A stretch of 64,000 nt of DNA from Laetmonice hystrix. Its lineage: Eukaryota. Positions within the stretch are counted from its first letter, which is position 1, and every line of letters begins with the position of its first letter. The notes beneath the pieces were generated by a model. That model had not been told where the DNA came from. It did no database searches and saw nothing but the letters and a program-made list of their open reading frames with translations. This document shows positions 26,720-38,700 of this stretch, in pieces. The translations under genes were made by a program, and so were the position numbers. The DNA is taken from contig OZ249436.1 of assembly GCA_965235115.1 (NCBI GenBank), positions 47,556,001 to 47,620,000 on the forward strand, written 5' to 3'.

Positions 26720-26851
26720 TGCGCATGCGCACTGAATGCCAGTAGAGGAGCATACCATCACACAAGGAGCCAGGCACGCCTCCATTATGGTCCGAGATCC
26801 AAGCCCTTGTTAGATACTAGCTGCTCCCGTTGTTTATTTAAAATGGCCGCC
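26720..26851. promoter_or_regulatory. Housekeeping-type promoter: NRF1 palindrome and YY1-like site
   Basis: TGCGCATGCGCA 26720-26731 and AAAATGGCCGCC 26840-26851. Minus-strand ATG (MEACLAPCVM) followed by |GTATGC at 26755, and another GCG|GTGAGT near 26549. Confidence 0.5.
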
Positions 26852-27719
26852 GGCCGTGACGATGTCCAAGTGCCCGCTTCGTTTGAAAAATCATCTGAAT
26901 CTGCTTTGTAGAAGGACTTGAGCTAAATTCATTGCACTTAATGGCTGAAGGTAAAGGCAGAACTTCATTTGAAATGATTGGCTATGTGCTCTATAACATC
27001 CCATTTTGCGCGTTTTAAAATGTTTTCATTTGTGTAGCTTTGGCAATAGCCCGAGTATTGCGAGGCCTATCACTGAGGCAACCGTTACCATTGACCGTTC
27101 AGTATGACATCTTGTTATTTTTTCGAAGTACCAAGGCCTCATTTGCGCAGAATTTGCTATGCTTTAGCCCTGAAGCCCGTACTATTAAAACTGTGAAATA
27201 TTAATAAATCAAGTATAGTTCCGAAAATGTCATGTTTACCGTTCAGCAACCTAACGCCTGTGTTGGTAACAACAGAACTTGATGATCTGCGCATGTTTCT
27301 GCGCAGCCCGTTTTGCAAGCGGCCTCCTAGCTGTGACCCGTCCGTGTCTGACCTCTGGCCTCCAGAGGTCAGCGTGGTCTTGGCTGCCAGATCGTCAACA
27401 CTACCCTCTGACCTGTACACAGGGTAGCTTGGTACACTCTGCGAACAATTGGCAACTGTCTGGGACGCACGTCTGCCAATAGCGAACTCTTACCGCTAGA
27501 CGGCGCCACGAGTATAACTGAGGTATTCCTGACGCTGACGCAGTGACGAGAAATCACGAATTTGAGTTATTCTACCAAATATATCGTTAAGTCCATAGGA
27601 AAATATAGATCTGTTTGAGGTCTGTAGGGTTTAGACCAGTGCTTGTCAACCTTTTTCTTGATGCCGCCCGCCAGAGCTAATCTCCAACGCCTCACCGACT
27701 CCTCGCTATATTTTCTACA

Positions 27720-27860
27720 ACACGACACCGCCCACAACACGAGAACTCCGCCCACAACACCAGAACCCCGCCCACAACACCAGAACCCCGCCCACAACAC
27801 CAGAACTCCACCCACAACACCAGAACCCCGCACACAACACCAGAACCCCGCACACAACAC
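27720..27860. repeat. Minisatellite, 20-bp unit, ~7 copies
   Basis: CAGAACCCCGCCCACAACAC tandem. Confidence 0.9.
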
Positions 27861-28786
27861 TCTTCCTGTGAGGTAAATCTCAAATCTGCACACGCATATC
27901 ATTTCTTTTTAAAATCCCTATGAAAATTTGGTCTCCTTAGTCATCAGAATCTTTGTCCTGAATATTTTCTATACTTCCATTATCTATGATTTAGCATGTT
28001 TGGTCCTGCAACATTCAGAACACAGTAAAAGGAAGGGAACTCTATCATCAACTTCTATTATATCTGATAATGGAATGCATTAGCATCTTTTCACAAGATT
28101 CGCCAACCTTCGCAGTGAAACACTGAAACTAAACACCACTGTCTTGGTGGCACTGCAATCCAATGGAAATCTTCTTCTCAAGTTTTGTATAATTAACGCT
28201 GAATCAATTAATGTATACAATTACATGAGGAGACGTCTGCCTCAATGACTCACGAGGGCGACCATCTGGTACATCTGCATGTCAGGTATCAGGTATTACC
28301 TGACGTGCAGAGGTGTTACCTGAGCTGTTAACCAAGGTGGTAACCGAGGTGTTAATCGAGGTGGTAACCAAGGTGGTAACCGAGGTCGTACCAGTTTTGT
28401 CCTCAATAATAAAAATCAACTGCTGACCACTTGTTGTTGTAGTTGATGTTTTTCTTGCTGAGATTTTCACAAATCTTCAGCTCCAACTCTTCACGGTGAA
28501 GGTATTCTTGTTCCAATGATAAACCTATTATAAACCTTTTACACCTGGCTCCCCCCCCCCCAACTCCCCATTCTCATCTCCACAAAAAAAACTAATCGGA
28601 ATTATTGCTTAAAGGCCATAGAAAAGTTCAAACTATCAATATAAGGGTGTTCAGCATGAACAAGCTTGTTCCTACCTACAATCCTGTGATGGTCTGATCT
28701 TTAATAAAGGAATAATCAACTGAAATGTAGCTAGGCATTCTCCCGCTGGCTTCGTCTGCTTGTCTGCCCTACTTGTCCACGAATTG

Positions 28787-28946
28787 TTATGTGACAGCCA
28801 GGCGGAACGAACCACGCAGATTCCGAGCCAGGGTGCCGCTATTCACGTCCCACTGCGATTCCACTTTTACCAGAAACATGCCCATGATGGCGGCAGATTC
28901 ATTGACGATGTCAGAGAGGGTTGCAAACGATAGCCGCACACAAACT
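28787..28946 (-). CDS. Candidate terminal exon of unidentified gene B (VCVRLSFATLSDIVNESAAIMGMFLVKVESQWDVNSGTLARNLRGSFRLAVT*)
   Basis: CAG acceptor at 28947-28949 (weak pyrimidine tract), phase-2 start, TAA stop. Complex, protein-like translation. Confidence 0.35.
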
Positions 28947-29009
28947 CTGTATTTGTTAACATGCCCCAATAAGGGTGTGAAGAGAGAGAGAAAAAGGTGT
29001 CTGCTGTCA

Positions 29010-29500
29010 CCAAACCAGAACTCACGGCATGAAGTATGTACTATCAATGGAAGCAATCTATTAACACCAAACTATACCAGAACTCACGTATGAAGTATGT
29101 ACTATCAATGGAAGCAATCAATTCACACCAAACTATACCAGAACTCACGTATGAAGTATGTACTATCAATGGAAGCAATCAATTCACACCAAACTATACC
29201 AGAACTCACGTATGAAGTATGTACTATCAATGGAAGCAATCTATTCACACCAAACTATACCAGAACTCACGTATGAAGTATGTACTATCAATAATCTAAA
29301 CCAGAACTCACGGCATGAAGTATGTACTACCACTGGAAGCAATCTATTCACACCAAACTAAACCAGAACTCACGTATGAAGTATGTACTATCAATAATCT
29401 AAACCAGAACTCACGTATGAAGTATGTACTATCAATAAACTAAACCAGAACTCACGGCCTGAAGATTGTACTATCAATGGAAGCAATCTATTCACACTAA
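29010..29500. repeat. Minisatellite, 61-62 bp unit with shortened variants
   Basis: CCAGAACTCACGTATGAAGTATGTACTATCAATGGAAGCAATC... at 29015, 29077, 29138, 29199 and 29260. Confidence 0.95.
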
Positions 29501-30202
29501 CAGTAGCTAACTTGATAAATGTGTCTGTGACGTAGAGTGACGTGCTAGTCTCACTGGTGTTTTTACTTCAGGCAATGTCCGGCCACATTGACTATGATTG
29601 ATGATACATTATTAATACATTAATTCACTGCTGCCGATAAAAACTTGTTCTGACTCATGTAAAATTGGATTAATTATTTGACTACAAGGATTAGAGCTAG
29701 GCGTGCAACACAGTCAAAAAGATTGGACTGTGTTTTCAAGTGAAACATTGTTAAAAAGTATCAAACAATTATCGATGCATAAAGACAGTATCACACAATA
29801 TATGTGGTCACCACTCAGGGTTATTCTCTACCATCCCAGGTCGTAGTTTACTCTCTTAAATTGTCCTAGTAGATAGATGCCACCATATATTAGGTCTTTC
29901 GGAACAATGTCCTTAGAAAGTAACTTCATTAAGTTTGTGATTAAGGTCTTCCCATGGAAACTTTAATAGAGTAGGGCATTACAATGAGCTATACGGTGCC
30001 CGTGCCATAAATTGTAATCATGTTTTGTTAATGTTGTCAGTGTTTTGTGTGCTGCTCTGTGAAAATGAAAACTTGTCTTGGGTCTTGGGTTTCTTCTGCT
30101 GCTGGTAACATAATGTATCCGGAACAAATAAAGCTCTTATTGTGAAATGTGAACTAGAATAATGATGCCATCACAACAATGGCGTGCCTGTCATATGAGA
30201 TG

Positions 30203-31520
30203 TGGAGCGTCCCTAGTGACGCCTGACACACGACAGTCGGAGCGCCTCTAGTGACGCCTGACACACGACAGTCGGAGCGAATCTAGTGACGCCTGACACA
30301 CGACAGTCGGAGCGTCTCTAGTGACGTCTGACACACGACAGTCGGAGCGCCTCTAGTGACGCCTGACACACGACAGTCGGAGCGTCTCTAGTGACGCCTG
30401 ACACACGACAGTCGGAGCGTCTCTAGTGACGCCTGACACACGACAGTCGGAGCGCCTCTAGTGACGCCTGACACACGACAGTCGGAGCGTCTCTAGTGAC
30501 GCCTGACACACGACAGTCGGAGCGTCTCTAGTGACGCCTGACACACGACAGTCGGAGCGCCTCTAGTGACGCCTGACACACGACAGGCGGAGCGTCCCTA
30601 GTGACGCCTGACACACGACAGGCGGAGCGTCCCTAGTGACGCCTGACACATGACAGTCGGAGCGTCCCTAGTGACGCCTGACCCACGACAGTTGGAGCGC
30701 CTCTAGTGACGCCTGACACACGACAGTCGGAGCGCCTCTAGTGACGCCTGACACATGACAGTCGGAGCGCCTCTAGTGACGCCTGACACATGACAGTTGG
30801 AGCGCCTCTAGTGACGCCTGACACATGACAGTCGGAGCGCCTCTAGTGACGCCTGACACATGACAGTTGGAGCGCCTCTAGTGACGTCTGACACACGACA
30901 GTCGGCGCGCCTCTAGTGACGCCTGATACATGACAGTCGGAGCGAATCGAGTGACGTCTGACACATGACAGTCGGAGCGTCTCTAGTGACGCCTGACACA
31001 TGACAGTCGGAGCGAATCGAGTGACGTCTGACACATGACAGTCGGAGCGTCTCTAGTGACGCCTGACACATGACAGTCGGAGCGAATCGAGTGACGTCTG
31101 ACACATGACAGTCGGAGCGTCTCTAGTGACGCCTGACACATGACAGTCGGAGCGAATCGAGTGACGTCTGACACATGACAGTCGGAGCGTCTCTAGTGAC
31201 GCCTGACACATGACAGTCGGAGCGTCTCTAGTGACGCCTGACACATGACAGTCGGAGCGAATCGAGTGACGTCTGACACACGACAGTCGGAGCGTCTCTA
31301 GTGACGCCTGACACACGACAGTCGGAGCGTCTCTAGTGACGCCTGACACATGACAGTCGGAGCGTCTCTACTAGAGTCTAGTGACGCCTGACACCTGACA
31401 GTCTCTAGTGATGCCTGACTCATAGAAAGCGGAGAGTCTCAAGCGATGCCTGACATGACTGGTGAAGCATTTCTCATAACGCCTGGCAAATAACAGGTAA
31501 GCGTCTCTAGTGACGCCTGC
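30203..31520. repeat. Minisatellite, 35-bp unit, ~33 copies plus decayed tail
   Basis: GGAGCGTCTCTAGTGACGCCTGACACA(C/T)GACAGTC tandem, with a 70-bp dimer period at about 30910-31280. Confidence 0.97.
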
Positions 31521-32079
31521 ACAGTACACCCGACCCCACATGTTTGAGTCATTAGACAGTCTCCTCCATGGTGTGATCGCGGGGACATGGCTACATACTG
31601 GAGAAGGTCGGAGACAAGGCCGACTTACAGCCACAACAAATCTGTCCTCACCTCTTGCAGATTTTATCTCATAAAAAAAATGATTGTCAAGTCTCTTGAC
31701 ACTCTTCAGTGTGGGAACGCTTCCGGTTCACGGAAAGAAATGGGAAAACTTTACACTTGAACTATTTCAGGGAAATAATTCATCTTTCGGTTAAAAGCTT
31801 TCAAAATGTGTTCCATTGATTGATTGATCGCTTAAACATTATTACAAAGCTAATTAGAGGCACGTGTCCTTAATCACTGGGCCCCAGAACCAGTCATTCG
31901 AGGCACAGTTCAGCTGTGTTTTTAGTATAAAATCTTTGTCCTTCAAACTGTCAGTTAAAATCGTCATTATTCGTATAAAGAGCAATGTGTACCTATTGTG
32001 ATAGACGTATCTGAATCTGATTTAAAAACCTGTACTTAGTTTTAAAGTTTGGTTGACAAGCAGATGAAGATTTGTTGTC

Positions 32080-32380
32080 TCAGTCAAGATGCTATTTTTG
32101 AGACGGTCCACTAAGGGTTTAATGCTCTGTGGTCAGTCAGGATGTGGTTTTGGTATGTCCACCAAGTGTTTACTGCTCTGTGGTCAGTCAAGATGTTGTT
32201 GTTGAGACGGTCCACCAAGTGCTTAATGCTCTATGGTCAGTCAAGTGTGCAGTTTATGAGACGGTCCACCAAGTGTTTAATGCTCTGTGGTCAGTCAAGT
32301 GTGCAGTTTATGACAAGTGTTTAATGCTCTGAGGTGTTTTTGAGACGGTCCCTACCCATGACCAAGTGTTTACTGCTGTG
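32080..32380. repeat. Diverged ~55-bp repeat, ~5 copies
   Basis: GAGACGGTCCACCAAGTGTTTAATGCTCTGTGGTCAGTCAAG core. Confidence 0.85.
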
Positions 32381-32837
32381 GTTATTTCAAACGAACTCAT
32401 CTACCGCGTGGTGGCAGCACCAGTCCCGAGACCGCCGCAGCCCACTCTCACAGAAATAAAACACAAATATTGGTCTTTCTTCTCATCACACAACCAATAG
32501 AACATTTTTTTCTGGAATTCATCACTTGGTTACAATCATGCCCTGATCATGTGAACACAAAGCAGCCCGACCAGTAAACCCTGGGGCAGGGTTCGGTCTA
32601 AGTACATGTGTACATGTATCATACAGAATCAATCATCGTGATACCGTTCACAAAGTCATGTTTGACATCTTCCCACGCTCAGGAATTGACACGTCAGTTC
32701 TGACTCCTATCTAGGCTTGTTTGAGACAAAGTCTGAATGTCCTCTGCGGATTATCAAGACAATGATGTGTAAAGTTCGTGGTCCTGGAAGCGGAGTCGGA
32801 CTCTTGTTAGTAACCTAGGTTACCTCCAGGCGGGTGC

Positions 32838-32995
32838 GTTCCACTAAGCCCGAAAGACGTCTTTGAAATGGTCGCTGAGCCAAGGAGGTCTTTGCGGCGA
32901 CGGGTGTTTCATTAACCACCTATTCTTTAACATTGGCCCCGCCAAGACGTCTTTCCAAAGACGTCTTTGCTAAAGACCTCTTTCGTTAGTGGAAC
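32838..32995. mobile_element. MITE relic with TIRs
   Basis: GTTCCACTAA..CGAAAGA pairs with TCTTTCG TTAGTGGAAC. Internal AAAGACGTCTTT palindromes. Confidence 0.6.
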
Positions 32996-33132
32996 TGATA
33001 GCCGCCAGTCGTGACGTCACGGTGGTGACGTGGCACGGTGGTGACGTCAGAGTCGGGCGCTTGGCAACCTTGAGCTCCCTGCGCAGTCATGTATTCTGTG
33101 GGAGACTTTGAGCCATGTCTTCCACCTCCTAC

Positions 33133-33196
33133 CTCTCAACACGACCCCAGCTGTAGTCAGAGGATATACAATATCCGTCGGTGTCAAACGCAATGG
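33133..33196 (-). CDS. Candidate internal exon of gene B (IAFDTDGYCISSDYSWGRVE)
   Basis: AG acceptors at 33197-33199 or 33204-33206 and GAG|GTAGGA donor. Ends in phase 2, matching the 28946 exon. Confidence 0.33.
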
Positions 33197-34206
33197 CTGC
33201 ACACTAAATATCCGCAAACAGAGGCAGAGCAAGGTGCACTTCGACTCATCGCAGATTGTGCAGTTTAAAAAGTCCAGACGGACCAACAGATCTACCTATC
33301 CATCTTCTTGTCTGTATACGGCCCTCACGAGATTGTGTTGTATTCATCTGCCCAAGCTATGTGTCATTTTAGAATGATTACCCTTTCTCATTATAAGCAG
33401 CAGTTTAAACCAAATCAGTGAAGGTATTCACATGTATCATAGATATGTCTAGATAAGTCTGACAATGATAAATCTCCTAAACATTGTTCTCGGTGTAATT
33501 GTTTAAACAGGACCGGGATCTGAAGACGATATATCTCCAGTAAGATCTCCACAGTATAATATAAAAAAGTAAAAGTATAACCGCAAACCACAATCCTCAG
33601 ACCCCCCCCCCCCCCAAAAAAAAAATATATATATATAAAAAGAAAGAAAGAAAGAGAAACCCACACCAGGCCTGTACCCAGGATTTTGTGTTATGCATTT
33701 AGAACTTACAAAAAGTGGACCTTGGTGGCTCATGGGGGTTAGGGGGAGGGCTGCGTACGCACCCTTCGCACTCCCCAATTTTCCATTTTTATATTAGCAC
33801 GAAGACTGGATTGGTTTTGTGAGACTGTAGACAGGTTTAAGGGACCATCATCCACGCGGCTGGTAACAGTGATCGTTAAAATGACTGGATTGGTCCCTCT
33901 GGCTGTCCAATGAAAGAAGAAATAGAAATAAGTAATCATTGCCATCGATCAGCCGGGTATCGACAGGCGGGAGGTCGCAAGGAGACTGATGAGGACCAGG
34001 GACCGGCGAATGAAATCACAAACAAAAACTCCAATCTGTCTTGACCCAGGTGACAATGACATATGGAGGGTGGCGATGATGGGGAGGGGAGGTGGGGTGA
34101 GGGGTGGCTGGGTGGGGTGGCTGGCGGAGGGGCACCGACTGCCGCTACCGTTACTCTCACATCAGGAGGTGATCACTGGACAGATTATTGGGGATAAGAC
34201 CAGCAC

Positions 34207-34347
34207 GTCGGTACATCCCCAAGGTAAATTCTCCATCAGTTTTGGGGGTAAAAACTCAAAGTCTATCACTATACCTAACCCCAAACTTTACCCTAACCCG
34301 CATCCCGCATCCCTATACTCCTTAGCCCTGCCCCCAACCCCTACCCC
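34207..34347 (+). mobile_element. Short Helentron-like non-autonomous element (CCTAACCC-rich core)
   Basis: GGTACATCCCCA...TGGGGTATTACC ends and a cctaaccc core. Similar to the 37500-37570 sequence in reverse complement. Confidence 0.4.
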
Positions 34348-35783
34348 ATAATTCGTGGGGTATTACCTATACAGGCTAAAGATGGCCGTTTGGTAGTACC
34401 TCATCCACTGCCAATCTCTTTCCCCCGCCGGCTGGACCACAGGGTTCCCGGGTCTGATGGTGGCTAGAAAATACACTGGCTCTAACGATACAAGTTAACC
34501 ACAGGTTATGAAACGCCCCCCCCCCCCCCCAACTACTACTGGAACACTGGGAAATATGATCTCGCAATCTGTCGCAATATCTTATATCCTGGTTTGTTCG
34601 GGACTTCTCATTAATTAAACTTGGCTGTACGATCTCTAAAGAAATGGCCATGATATGACAACTGAATTCACTTCCCAGAGAATGATATGAAGGTCATAGA
34701 GTCTCAATTATTTAAAAGCTCTAACTGTACGATGCTGTTAGCAATCCTGCTAAGCCTCCTTAGGCATAGATATCACAATGACTGCTCATACAACAGGTCT
34801 CAATTTATACTTTTATCTTCAAGTGTAATTTATACGGGGGTAGAGTGTGGGGACCTTACCTGACCCTGATTGGTATGAGGGTCAGACCCTCATTAGTATG
34901 AGGGTCAGGGCACCACCTCGTCCTTCGTTAAGCCCTATTCATCCCTCCAGGACTTAACTCATACCCTGAGTTAAAACCTGGGTTCTCATGATCGATGACC
35001 CCCTACTACATGCCCCTGACCCCGTGACCTTGACCCCGTGACCTCTTCCAGAGATTCCTGCCTAATCATCAATCAAAAGGTCACAGATGATTGCGGATCA
35101 AGACTAAGATTTCACACGGGGTTTACGTGACTATCTTGAGACTGTTGCATGGCTTGGCTTCATCCATGGCTGCCTCTTGACGGCATACCATCATTCATGT
35201 GCTGATTTTATTCACAGAAAAAACTCAAGGGACAACAATTATTGTTCAATTTCAAAACTCTAAGTTGGTCGCCATCGACGCTGAATTATTCAATGGAATA
35301 GTTGAAAATGAATCAATCCACGACGGCTTTGGAAAACACAGAAATAAACGGACCATTAGTGATATGGGACGTTTGAAAAAAGGAATTGTTGATAATACAA
35401 CCATCAGTCTGTGGAGCAGCGTTTTAATCCACTCAGGGGGTATCCATCAAAACGTAAATACGGTCATTGTAGGCGGCTGCTACTCCGGCTGTGGTCCGGC
35501 AATGCTGGTGGCTCCCCCTGGATGTACTGGGCGGAGTTTAATCTACTTCCAGCCCGACACAAAGCATGGCGAACGAACTCGGCAGGGAGTGGTTGACCTG
35601 CCCTCTATCGGCAGTCAGTCATACCACACGCAGGCTCCGAGCAACCAATGTTTAGAAACTGTCCACCAGGCGGCGGGTAAAAATACCTCCTGATCCTGAT
35701 CTACTCCAGGCGAGGTTCCATGGAATAAACCCGAACGGCCGCCCAGGCTAATTCTGATCAAGGCTGTGAACTACAGAACTTAC

Positions 35784-35833
35784 AACACCTGAGTGCACCG
35801 CATTTTACGACTCGTAATACACGAACACCAGAC
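35784..35833 (-). CDS. Candidate exon of gene B (SGVRVLRVVKCGALRC), alternatively a terminal exon LVFVYYES*
   Basis: tcttcag| acceptor and |GTAAGT donor. 50 nt, phase 2 to 1 fits the 33196 acceptor. A minus-strand AATAAA near 35207 supports the alternative terminal-exon reading. Confidence 0.28.
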
Positions 35834-36629
35834 CTGAAGATTTTGCTGGAGTTTGGACCATATTGGGATTTCAATGCTGGAGGTTTCTCAGATTTAACAA
35901 ACGCCTCGATTATCACATCACATGCCGTATATCGCCGACCGGCCACGGGTCTTCCACCTGTTTGTGGGAGGTTTAGTAAAATTTTGCGGGAGATTGCCTC
36001 ATTTTGGGAAAATAATGTGGGAGGTTTTGATTACCTGTATTTTCAAAACACCATAGTAAAAGAAGGATCCTCTGATTGTGGCTATTTATCCCATGTTTGA
36101 GTCAAGTTGAGTCCCAATAAACGTGGATTAAACGTAGGCCTCTATAGCTATGGTTTTGCGTGAGAAAGCACTGGGCTCGCGGGAGTGCGGGAGAAGGGGT
36201 CCAAATGTGTGAGACTCCCGCGAAATGCGTGAGACTTGGCAGGTCTGGAACACTCTGCTGTACAAGGGTACAATTTCAATCAGTAAACATGTTATTTAGG
36301 GGTTCTCACATTCTTTTTACATTGGTCACCGATAGGCAAAATTAACTCCCGATAAAATAGATTGTGTCTTTTCAAAGTATTTCATGACTCAAATTCTGAC
36401 TATCCAAGTTCAAAGCATCCCCAGCATTTATGACGTGCATATTGTAGACTAGAACTCTACAGCTTCTCAAAGTTTGATGATAGAAAATGAACTGCTCTAA
36501 CCTCTAACATAAAATAACAACACCCAGGTTGCCTTAGTACACAATGGCGACCATTAATAGTTATTAGGAAAACCCCCACGCGGGACCTGTACGGGGGAAC
36601 TACCCCCACCCCCTTGTGTTACACCCTGT

Positions 36630-37570
36630 GTCTCCATGGTAACATTTCAGTGGAAAGGGTAGGGTATGATAGGGATACGTTCTTGGGGAGGTTTGGGGCA
36701 GGGAACGGTGATAGATAGCGGCAGGGTTCGGTTTGGGGCAGGGAACGGTGATAGATAGCGGCAGGGTTCGGTTTGGGGCAGGAAACGGTGATAGATAGCG
36801 GCAGGGTTCGGTTTGGGGCAGGAAACGGTGATAGATAGCAGCAGGGTTCGGTTTGGGGCAGGGAACGGTGATAGATAGCGGCAGGGTTCGGTTTGGGGCA
36901 GGGAACGGTGATAGATAGCGGCAGGGTTCGGTTTGGGGCAGGAAACGGTGATAGATAGCGGCAGGGTTCGGTTTGGGGCAGGAAACGGTGATAGATAGCA
37001 GCAGGGTTCGGTTTGGGGCAGGAAACGGTGATAGATAGCGGCAGGGTTCGGTTTGGGACAGGGAACGGTGATAGATAGCGGCAGGGTTCGGTTTGGGACA
37101 GGGAACGGTGATAGATAGCGGCAGGGTTCGGTTTGGGGCAGGAAACGGTGATAGATAGCGGCAGGGTTCGGTTTGGGGCAGGAAACGGTGATAGATAGCG
37201 GCAGGGTTCGGTTAGGGGCAGGGAACGGTGATAGATAGCGGCAGGGTTCGGTTTGGGGCAGGAAACGGTGATAGATAGCGGCAGGGTTCGGTTAGGGGCA
37301 GGGAACGGTGATAGATAGCGGCAGGGTTCGGTTTGGTGCAGGGAACTGTCATAGATAGCGACAGGATTCGGTTTGGGGCAGGGAACGGTGATAGATAGCG
37401 GTAGGATTCGGTTAGGGGCAGGGAACTGTCATAGATAGCGGCAGGGTTCGGTTAGGGGCAGGGAACTGTCATAGATAGCGGTAGGATTCGGTTTGGGGCA
37501 GGGAACGGTGATAAATATATATTTTTTACCTCCAGAATTCCATGTATGTTACCATGGGGTAAATACCCGC
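36630..37570 (-). mobile_element. Helentron/MITE-like element with an expanded internal 40-bp satellite
   Basis: Inverted repeat CCATGGTAACAT (36634-36645) and ATGTTACCATGG (37546-37557). Right end resembles the short element at 34207-34347. Confidence 0.5.
36690..37513. repeat. Minisatellite, 40-bp unit, ~21 copies
   Basis: GGGAACGGTGATAGATAGCGGCAGGGTTCGGTTTGGGGCA tandem. Confidence 0.97.
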
Positions 37571-38260
37571 GCACATAAACTCCAAAAGAGGGTAAAAAAC
37601 TGAGCAGATGATGCACCCCCTGAGGGGTGATTCGCATGACCTAAAAACTAATCAGTAAGGCCAGACCACAGGGTGTAATTCTCCGGCCCAGTGCACACTA
37701 TCTTTGGTACGACCAGAACTTATACCAGGAACAATCAAACTAGGAGACACGCAACCTTGCTAAGTGAAAACATCTAAGGCTGGAACAGGTACAAAAAAAA
37801 GTTTTTGTCATAGTATCGATTTTCAGCCAAAATCAGAAAAAAAGTCCATTTGGATTCATGCCAGAAAATATCCTCGCTATAATTGCCCGCATCTAGTCAT
37901 ATAGGTGTGGTTCTATGAAGGCATCCATGAACCGCTATAATATTTCTTTTTCTATATTTTTAACATTTCACTTTCTGAAATCAATATGAGCTATACGGCT
38001 GCATCCTGCGTTAAGTATAGCGAATTCACAACATGGTGACTCGTGGTGATGGCCTGCCCACAAAGCACACTACTGCCATCTTGCGTTCACCAACGGAACT
38101 ATCACACAAGCCCAGTTGGCGGGATTTGCACATTTACAAAATGAGTTCATAACTGGTGACCCCGTACGCTACACTTAAACCATTATCGCATTGACTTTCC
38201 CATTGCATGGAACTAATCAAACCCTCACAAATACACAATAACACTGGCAACAGCTGCTAT

Positions 38261-38700
38261 GCGCCAGGTCTGTCCCTCCTAACATGGAGCCAGGCCTGTC
38301 CGACCTAACATGGCGCCAGGTATGTCCGACCTAACATGGCGCCAGGCCTGCCCGACCTAACATGGCGCCAGGTCTGTCCGACCTAACATGGCGCCAGGCC
38401 TGCCCGACCTAACATGGCGCCAGGTCTGTCCGACCTTACATGGCGCCAGGTATGTCCCTCCTAACATGGCGCCAGGTCTGTCCGACCTTACATGGCGCCA
38501 GGTCTGTCCGACCTAACATGGCGCCAGGCCTGTCCGACCTAACATGGCGCCAGGTATGTCCCTCCTAACATGGAGCCAGGTCTGCCCGACCTAACATGGT
38601 GCCAGGTATGTCCGACCTAACATGGCGCCAGGTCTGTCCGACCTAACATGGCGCCAGGTCTGTCCCTCCTAATATGGCGCAGGTCTGTCCGACCTAACAT
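38261..38700. repeat. 26-bp minisatellite, left arm (~17 copies)
   Basis: CCGACCTAACATGGCGCCAGGTCTGT tandem, ending abruptly at the LINE. Confidence 0.97.

Noticed and set aside
33986..34016. Hammerhead ribozyme core CTGATGAG...GAAA (also minus-strand hits near 19580, 44372 and 50383)
   Set aside because: No pairing stem II or flanking helices could be built.
35199..35693. 164-aa plus-strand ORF
   Set aside because: GTG start and no recognisable motif. The region reads better as minus-strand UTR or intron with AATAAA near 35207.
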